From a virus (taxonomy: Duplodnaviria > Caudoviricetes): a stretch of 64,000 bases of DNA. The DNA is taken from the IMG/VR virus record IMGVR_UViG_2878918711_000001, positions 3,170 through 67,169 of that record; one strand, written 5' to 3'. The position numbers and the translations under genes are program-made. Every line of letters starts with the position of its first letter. Within the stretch, counting starts at the first letter, position 1. The notes beneath the pieces are model-generated. The model did not search any database. It saw only the letters and a program-made list of their open reading frames with translations, and was not told the origin of the DNA. Of this stretch, positions 57,999-64,000 are shown one piece after another.

Positions 57999-58433
57999 CT
58001 AATATCTAAAATCGGTAAAATGAATAATTGCCATTGGCTTTGTCAGGTCATAGAGGCTAAACCATTCTGTCCAATCAATAAGGGACAAACCGTCTCTAAC
58101 AGCTAATTGGTCAGCTTGTAATTCATGCGTTCCGATTATTGGCCGAAACAGACTCTGGTCAAATTCCAATCTTTGAATACCAATGCCGTTGGCTTTTGTA
58201 AATTCTTTCAATAAAACCTGCTTGCTTCTGTATGGTTTCCCACACCATTGCCGAACGGATAAAACGGCATTTCCTGCTTGTACTTCTGCTATTCTCTTTT
58301 TCCATAGAGGATAGTTTGCACGTATAGTATGCAATTTGGTTATACCGAGCTGGCAAGCAAAGCAAGTCGCTTCTCCCGAACGGAGATGTCTCTTTGGGAA
58401 AACTTTTGATAAAATCAGAATATAAGTTTTCAT
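57999..58433 (-). CDS. ASCH/PUA-like protein
   Basis: 'KLHTIR..LSVRQWCGKPYRSKQ..LAVRDGLS..WF'. Confidence 0.65.
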   Translation of the reverse strand: MKTYILILSKVFPKRHLRSGEATCFACQLGITKLHTIRANYPLWKKRIAEVQAGNAVLSVRQWCGKPYRSKQVLLKEFTKANGIGIQRLEFDQSLFRPIIGTHELQADQLAVRDGLSLIDWTEWFSLYDLTKPMAIIHFTDFRY

Positions 58434-58462
58434 TGTCTTATCGTAATTCTAACACTTTAAAA

Positions 58463-59086
58463 TTAAATGTTTCTAAATTTCAAGCCTTTTGTCGTTCCAA
58501 ACCTCAATATGGCCGCACTGATATAGTTCGCAGGAATATTCAACTGGCTGGAAGCTTGCTTGATGGAATCATACCTGATACCAGTAGTTATGCATAAGAT
58601 AGGCTTCTGAACGCCTTTCCCCCATTTGCTGTTCGGGTCGTCTGCCATACGCTTGCTTTGCTCGCTCGATGCCTTTCGCCTTTTCTCTTTCATTTCCTCG
58701 CTCATTCTTGAATTATAAAGCGAAGACCAAGGGTGTCCTTTTTTCAGGGAGCCATCAATATTCCTTCCTATTGTCGGCCGCCACCTGTAATCTCCAAGAG
58801 GAGACCAGTCATCTTCGTACAACAATTTGTGTCCAGCGCACAGCTGTTGTTTTTTTATGGCGTATGATATGGAATGGCGGTCTTTTAATCCTAAATATTT
58901 CTGACATTCAGCTACGCTTTCAAACTCTCGGACGACACTTCCGTCCTGCGCTATCATCAGTACCGCCCGCTTCAAGAACCCCTGTACACCTTTCCGTGTA
59001 TGATGCTTTCGTGAGGATATGTTTGTTCCCTTATTGTACGGCACATTCCCTTTCTTGAAACTGCCATTGTTTGCTGTTCTTTTCAT
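58463..59086 (-). CDS. NUMOD-repeat DNA-binding protein without a recognisable nuclease domain
   Basis: 'FKKGNVPYNKG', two NUMOD1-like HTH units, NUMOD3-like 'SEEMKEKRR'. Confidence 0.65.
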   Translation of the reverse strand: MKRTANNGSFKKGNVPYNKGTNISSRKHHTRKGVQGFLKRAVLMIAQDGSVVREFESVAECQKYLGLKDRHSISYAIKKQQLCAGHKLLYEDDWSPLGDYRWRPTIGRNIDGSLKKGHPWSSLYNSRMSEEMKEKRRKASSEQSKRMADDPNSKWGKGVQKPILCITTGIRYDSIKQASSQLNIPANYISAAILRFGTTKGLKFRNI

Positions 59087-59087
59087 A

Positions 59088-59723
59088 TTATATATTGTTA
59101 CTCGTCTTTAATATCCCTTCTTTCCACACAACATAGTGGGCACCTGCCGAACCGACGCTTCGACCTAAGCAGTAGGCTTTATAACCCATAACCCGAACCT
59201 TCATATCACAGATATATCTCAGGCTCACGGCAGGCTTTCCCATTGGCTCGCTCTTATATTCTTGACTTATGAAGATGAAACACTTGCGACTGAATCGCTT
59301 CATCAGTGTAACGGCAGATGAGTAACTCCAACCAAAATTATTACAGCCCACCTGAAAGGAATCAACGATGATGAATTTTGCGGACTTTGGTTTGGCAAGT
59401 CGCGCTTCAAGCTCCTCTATCGACTCGTCATCTATAACTCGGAAACGCCCCTGCACCTCATTCATGTTCAAATAGTCCATACGACGCTGGAAAGGTTGGG
59501 TTACACCTTCTTCATAGCTCATATAGAGAACAGGACCGTACTTGCACAGTTCCTTGCCCAACTGCATCACGAACGAGCTTTTACCCTGAGCACTGGCACC
59601 GCTGATGAACCAGGAAGCGTTCTCAGCTGGAAAACCGAACGGTTCACTCCATTTCTCACCCCACGGTAGGGTTACCCATTTCTTGGCGGCAATGTCTTTC
59701 GGACTGTATGCTCGTTTGACCAT
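59088..59723 (-). CDS. RecA/RadA-like P-loop ATPase
   Basis: Walker A GASAQGKS; 'YMSYEE'; IIVDS. Confidence 0.8.
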   Translation of the reverse strand: MVKRAYSPKDIAAKKWVTLPWGEKWSEPFGFPAENASWFISGASAQGKSSFVMQLGKELCKYGPVLYMSYEEGVTQPFQRRMDYLNMNEVQGRFRVIDDESIEELEARLAKPKSAKFIIVDSFQVGCNNFGWSYSSAVTLMKRFSRKCFIFISQEYKSEPMGKPAVSLRYICDMKVRVMGYKAYCLGRSVGSAGAHYVVWKEGILKTSNNI

Positions 59724-59971
59724 TACTCCTTGTCTTTTTTCAGATTTTCAATCAGCAGGTCTGCAAGGTCTACTGCAACAGCAACGATGTCTTTCGGTTT
59801 CTCAATAACACCTGTTTTCTTGGCTATCTCAAGTGCTGTCTGATAAACCGTCGGCAGACATTCCTTGGCAATTTCATACCTGCGCTGCTCCCAGTCGATT
59901 TCATGCTGGTCACGCATCTTGCAGTCAATTGATTGTATAGCCTGTAATGTCAGTATCTCTATGTTTGTCAT
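59723..59971 (-). CDS. Phage hypothetical protein
   Basis: 'IDWEQRRYEIAKECL..AVDLADLLI'. Confidence 0.65.
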   Translation of the reverse strand: MTNIEILTLQAIQSIDCKMRDQHEIDWEQRRYEIAKECLPTVYQTALEIAKKTGVIEKPKDIVAVAVDLADLLIENLKKDKE

Positions 59972-59972
59972 A

Positions 59973-60848
59973 TCATGCTCCTTTCTTCAGTTTTTCAATT
60001 TCCGTATATACGCGTCTCAAACCGCCACCAGTCTTGCGTACTATCTTACCGATGTCCGTGCCTTCCGGGGCATTCACCTTAGCTACGATGCGAGCCTGTT
60101 CCTTAAGGAAGTGCTCGCGTTCCCTGCCATCATCAGGTGTTACTTTGCTGTATCTGTCGCCATAGCGTGAGAGCATCTCGGTATAGCCCACTTTCTTGCA
60201 TTCTATCGAGCGGTTGATTTTCTCCTTCAGTCCGTCAGCCCCCATCATATACCATGCGCAGCATCGCTCGGTGGCATTCCAAAGGGCTTTGAGTTCCAAG
60301 AAAGCCTCATATTGCAAGTCGCCGGCTTCATCCAAAATGATGAGAGGTGTGTCTATGCTGCGTAGGTAGTACACAAGGTCATCGTACACGTCCGAATATC
60401 TTCCCTTGCTGTCGACACCAAACTCGGAAGCTACCTTTCTGATGAGCTTCAGCTTCGTCTTCACCTGCGAGCAGTCGATATAGACGGCGTTCCTGTGGTG
60501 TGCCACGTAGTAGCGTGCCGTAAAGGTCTTGCCTATGTTGGGCATGTCGCACATGATACCGCTAAGGCTTGACTGCTGCGAGAACTCCAACTGGGCGGTG
60601 ATATACTCGAAAGTGGCCGTCTTGGCAGGTTTCCACTCTATTTCACCCCTGAGGCTCACCCCAAGACGGCGTGCGATACCTATCCAGTTGGCGTCGCTCA
60701 GGGCTTTGTCTGTCTGGCCGTTCTTGATACTGCTGTAAACCGAGGTACTTATACCAAGGCTTGCCGCATGTTTGGCGTCACTCGGATAGTTGGTGCGGTT
60801 CAGTTTCACCGCGTCCAAGATTTTCTGTTTTTGCACTTCTGTAATCAT
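59973..60848 (-). CDS. MuB-like AAA transposition ATPase
   Basis: N-terminal HTH; 'DMPNIGKT'; IILDEAG; follows the transposase. Confidence 0.88.
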   Translation of the reverse strand: MITEVQKQKILDAVKLNRTNYPSDAKHAASLGISTSVYSSIKNGQTDKALSDANWIGIARRLGVSLRGEIEWKPAKTATFEYITAQLEFSQQSSLSGIMCDMPNIGKTFTARYYVAHHRNAVYIDCSQVKTKLKLIRKVASEFGVDSKGRYSDVYDDLVYYLRSIDTPLIILDEAGDLQYEAFLELKALWNATERCCAWYMMGADGLKEKINRSIECKKVGYTEMLSRYGDRYSKVTPDDGREREHFLKEQARIVAKVNAPEGTDIGKIVRKTGGGLRRVYTEIEKLKKGA

Positions 60849-60942
60849 AGTTCGAATTGCTGTGCAAGTGAGTGCAAATGAACTTGCTCGTTTTGCCGAG
60901 CAAAGCCAGCAATCAGCTTGCTAAGTCATTTATAATGTTGTT

Positions 60943-62940
60943 TTAATATGCTTCTAATCCCATTTTGCTATAATCAGTATCAGGAATATAGCTTAGTTCT
61001 TCTTCCTGCTCTTGCACTTGCGGCAGTTCAAGAGGGTATTCTTCCGCAGACACAGCCTTCTGGACTGTCATCTTGCCCACCTTGGTGATGGCATTGTCGC
61101 GCAGATACTTGTCGAAATGTGCCACATACTTCCGTTGCTCAATGAATGCTTCCTTGTCCGCCTCGGTCTGCTCTGCCATCACGCGGTTGTAGGTAATGAT
61201 GCGGCGCAGCTTGTCTATGTACTTGTCTCCTTGGTAGAGGAATATGTCCGTGGGCTTTCCCTCATCATCAGGCAGGTAGTAAGCTGTTACCTTGTAATTG
61301 TTCGGCGCAAGTCGTTCCAATACCTCGGGACCACTTATCCACCAGTCCTCATGTGCTACCCTTACGGTCGAATTCCTACGGATGCTCGTTTCCACTTTCT
61401 CACCGATGTAGCGGCTCAGTGTCAGCTTGTCCAATGGGCGGAGCGTGGGGTTAAGTCTTGCCACAAGCACGTCCCAGCGGCTCATGCCAGGATACTTCTT
61501 CTGGTTGGGATGTGGCATATTGTTCCATTCGTTGCAGTCCCGACGGTCATCGGCTACGAGTTCCTCGAAAGTGTAGTACTTCTTGTCCTCCCACGTATGG
61601 TTGTCGCTGTCGCTCACTTTCTTCTGGAAAACACGCCGTGCACCCTTATTGTGCCAGCGGCCGATGCCATCATGGTTTTTGTGAGCCACCGTGGTCTTGA
61701 ATGCGCCGTTCAGTGCCTCGGCATATTTTTCCTGTGAGTTCTGTGGTGCACAGAAATAAACGTTCTTGAATACTTCTCCTGCCTTCAGGAAACCCTCCTT
61801 GTACTTGCTCATCAGGTGCTGTTCCACTTCGATGCCTGCCGGCATGCCCCAGCCGTTTCTCTCTATCAGCCGGAACATATCCCTGAAACAGTCCACCACA
61901 AGGGCATCGTCCTTCTTCCGTCCGTAGGCAAGTCCCACCCGACACTGGCTCACCACATCGTATGCGTAATAGGCATGCACATATTCGTTTCCTTTCATGC
62001 GGCGTGGTAAATCCACGTCGTCCATCGTAATCTGAGAGAGGGAGAAGTCGCCGCTGTGGCGGTGCATGTACGGCATGTCCTCATGATAGAATGCGTCCCA
62101 GCTCTTCAAGGCCTTGGCTATCTTAAGTTTGTTGCTTGGCTTATTCAGAATGTTTCTGATGGTGCTCTCGCTCAGTTCCTTGGGTTCTCCATTTTTATCT
62201 GTAAAATCGTCAGGATTGAACAGCTCGCCCGTTTCAAAGTCCCACACATCAATCTCACCGCATAAGAATTCGATATACATCTTGTGTACGTCGCTGCCGT
62301 AAGGCTGGTTAGGAAGTACTTTTATACTTAATACAAGTTGTTCGGTCTTGTAGTCCACCTTACGGCGGTGCTGGTTGCCAAACTTGCCACTGATTAAACT
62401 GATATAGCCCTCACGCTTGTACAGGTTCACTTTCTTCCTGAAGCGCAGCGTGCTCGCAGGGAGTGTGTGACCAAACTTCTCACGCAGAGTCTCGATGTTC
62501 TTTGCCATCATATCCCAGTTGTACTTGTCACCCATCAGACGATGGTAGTCTTTCGCACGCTCATAGAGTTTGATACAAGTGTTCAGCACAGAGGCATTCT
62601 GTACATATTCGCTCACCTTTTCTGGTGGCAGGTCAGTCCCCGTCTTGCTGCGGTCGCTGAAAAAAACTACTGCTGATTGGTCTGTTTCATAGTTCGATAT
62701 GATCCAATGCCGTAGCCTTATCTCGTCGCCACCGGGATAGACTTTCTCCACTTTTTCCTTGTACTTCGTGGGTAAACTGTCTATGGCTATCAGGGCACAA
62801 CAACCACTCGCACCGCCCCCGTGGCGAACAACGTCAATACGTCCGCGTGCTGCCAACTGCTTATAGTTGGAAACACTTACAATACAGCCGTCTATCAGCT
62901 CTCCGTAGGATATGCAAAATCGGTTGTTATAATACTCCAT
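60943..62940 (-). CDS. MuA-like DDE transposase
   Basis: 665 aa; 'ITMDDVD', 'YAYDVVS', 'EKYAEALN'; between the Ner-like and MuB-like genes. Confidence 0.85.
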   Translation of the reverse strand: MEYYNNRFCISYGELIDGCIVSVSNYKQLAARGRIDVVRHGGGASGCCALIAIDSLPTKYKEKVEKVYPGGDEIRLRHWIISNYETDQSAVVFFSDRSKTGTDLPPEKVSEYVQNASVLNTCIKLYERAKDYHRLMGDKYNWDMMAKNIETLREKFGHTLPASTLRFRKKVNLYKREGYISLISGKFGNQHRRKVDYKTEQLVLSIKVLPNQPYGSDVHKMYIEFLCGEIDVWDFETGELFNPDDFTDKNGEPKELSESTIRNILNKPSNKLKIAKALKSWDAFYHEDMPYMHRHSGDFSLSQITMDDVDLPRRMKGNEYVHAYYAYDVVSQCRVGLAYGRKKDDALVVDCFRDMFRLIERNGWGMPAGIEVEQHLMSKYKEGFLKAGEVFKNVYFCAPQNSQEKYAEALNGAFKTTVAHKNHDGIGRWHNKGARRVFQKKVSDSDNHTWEDKKYYTFEELVADDRRDCNEWNNMPHPNQKKYPGMSRWDVLVARLNPTLRPLDKLTLSRYIGEKVETSIRRNSTVRVAHEDWWISGPEVLERLAPNNYKVTAYYLPDDEGKPTDIFLYQGDKYIDKLRRIITYNRVMAEQTEADKEAFIEQRKYVAHFDKYLRDNAITKVGKMTVQKAVSAEEYPLELPQVQEQEEELSYIPDTDYSKMGLEAY

Positions 62941-62952
62941 ACTGCACCCTCC

Positions 62953-63336
62953 TTAGCTCAACCTTTCCGCATATCTCTGAATGCCGTCAAGATCGCTTAT
63001 CATCAAATGCTCGAACCTGCGCATCTTCTTACCATTCTTATATACATCGCACCAATTTCCTTCTTTGAAAATCTCCAGCAGCACACCGCCTTCCTTATAT
63101 TGGCGGATATAACCATCTGCATCGTGCAGTGTCTCCCATTCCGGAGCTTCTATCATAGGGATTCCTCCACGCTCCATTGCCAACTTGCGTATGCGCTTAG
63201 CCAAATCTGTGTTACCACGCTTCGTATCATACCGAATAGCATTGAAAACACTCTGCTCAGACACCTTGAATGTCATCATGATGAATTCACGGTCTTCTTT
63301 TTTGATGTGAATGTACCTTCTCATAATATATCTCAC
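62953..63336 (-). CDS. Ner/Cro-like first early gene
   Basis: N-terminal HTH-like segment; divergent from the repressor. Confidence 0.6.
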   Translation of the reverse strand: MRYIMRRYIHIKKEDREFIMMTFKVSEQSVFNAIRYDTKRGNTDLAKRIRKLAMERGGIPMIEAPEWETLHDADGYIRQYKEGGVLLEIFKEGNWCDVYKNGKKMRRFEHLMISDLDGIQRYAERLS

Positions 63337-63430
63337 TTATTTAATTAATAAATAATTCTTTATTTTCGCCCCTTTTTCGTATCTTTGGGCGGTGTTTAAG
63401 ATTAAACACGCTGCAAAGATAATACGCTTT

Positions 63431-63469
63431 TGCGAATAATCAAAATAAAAATGCGAATATTTTATTCGC
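63431..63469. promoter_or_regulatory. Repressor operator candidates in the immunity region
   Basis: Palindrome tgcgaat-attt-attcgca (63452-63469), half site at 63431; divergent TATCTTTG elements nearby. Confidence 0.55.
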
Positions 63470-63490
63470 AAATGATAATATTTATAAAAT

Positions 63491-64000
63491 ATGAGCATAA
63501 ATGAGAGATTCGAGACAATCATCAAGGTACTATTCAATAATAACAAAAGAGCATTTGCAAAGACAGTAGGAGTAAGCCCCACTGTGGTTGAAAATATTGT
63601 TGGTACACGAAAAGGGAACCCTTCTTATGAAGTCTTGAGGAAGGTTTGCGCAAATGCGAATATATCGGCGGAGTGGATTCTCTTTGGAACAGAGAACCAG
63701 CCAGTAGGTGATTTTATCAATATCCGTAAGGATCTTACAATAGTAGCTCCAAAAGAGGGGGAGCCTGAAGATGGAGAACATACCGTAACTACAGTTTTTA
63801 CTAAAGGCAAAGCAAGGCCCAAACCTATTCCTGTGCAGAAAGCGCAAGACGCAGACCCATTTCTTAAAGAATTACTTGACACTATCAAAGAACAAGCAGA
63901 GGAAATCGGACAACTCAAGGAGCAAGTCCACCAACTAACTATTGAAAAAGAAAGGCTTGCCGCCAATGCCCACTCTTCAACCACTGCGAACGTCGGATAG
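63491..64000 (+). CDS. CI-like repressor
   Basis: N-terminal XRE HTH 'NKRAFAKTVGVSPTVVENIV..NPSY'; C-terminal coiled coil. Confidence 0.8.
   Translation: MSINERFETIIKVLFNNNKRAFAKTVGVSPTVVENIVGTRKGNPSYEVLRKVCANANISAEWILFGTENQPVGDFINIRKDLTIVAPKEGEPEDGEHTVTTVFTKGKARPKPIPVQKAQDADPFLKELLDTIKEQAEEIGQLKEQVHQLTIEKERLAANAHSSTTANVG

Larger units (their letters stand above)
30301..64000. mobile_element. Transposable Mu-like prophage, siphovirus type; other end outside window
   Basis: MuA-like transposase, MuB-like ATPase, Gam, DUF935 portal, MuF, terminase, capsid and tape measure; no tail sheath seen. Confidence 0.93.

Noticed and set aside
63337-63582. 81-aa ORF in the immunity region
   Set aside because: Overlaps the repressor start and operator region on the opposite strand; likely spurious

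Overview
Bacteroidales DNA (Prevotella-like, inferred from gene content and TAnnTTTG promoters); the whole window is nested mobile elements. (1) 1-6233: right end of an ICE-type element with a helicase/methylase C-terminus, an AbiF-family HEPN gene with an upstream RNA hairpin, and a primase-helicase/HTH module. (2) 6221-23911: a ~17.7-kb NBU2-like mobilizable element bounded by exact 13-bp direct repeats CCTCTCTCTCCGC (tRNA-Ser 3'-end-like). It carries a two-C5-methyltransferase R-M system, a NERD protein, two uncharacterised nuclease-like genes and a tandem paralog pair. (3) 23899-~30300: left/leading end of a second ICE (integrase, DUF1896, PcfK, PcfJ), whose next gene is cut by element 4. 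(4) ~30301 to beyond 64000: a transposable Mu-like siphoprophage. Best candidate for an undescribed system: at the Mu 'mom' position, a Hin1523/Hia5-like adenine methyltransferase is paired with a thymidylate-synthase-fold enzyme carrying the Asn->Asp dCMP-specificity switch, and the operon is bracketed by a long hairpin and antisense promoters. Other candidates are a MuF-nuclease fusion with an apparent antisense sRNA in place of an immunity gene, and a nuclease plus paralog-pair cluster. Family assignments are from motif recognition and recall only; no searches were run.
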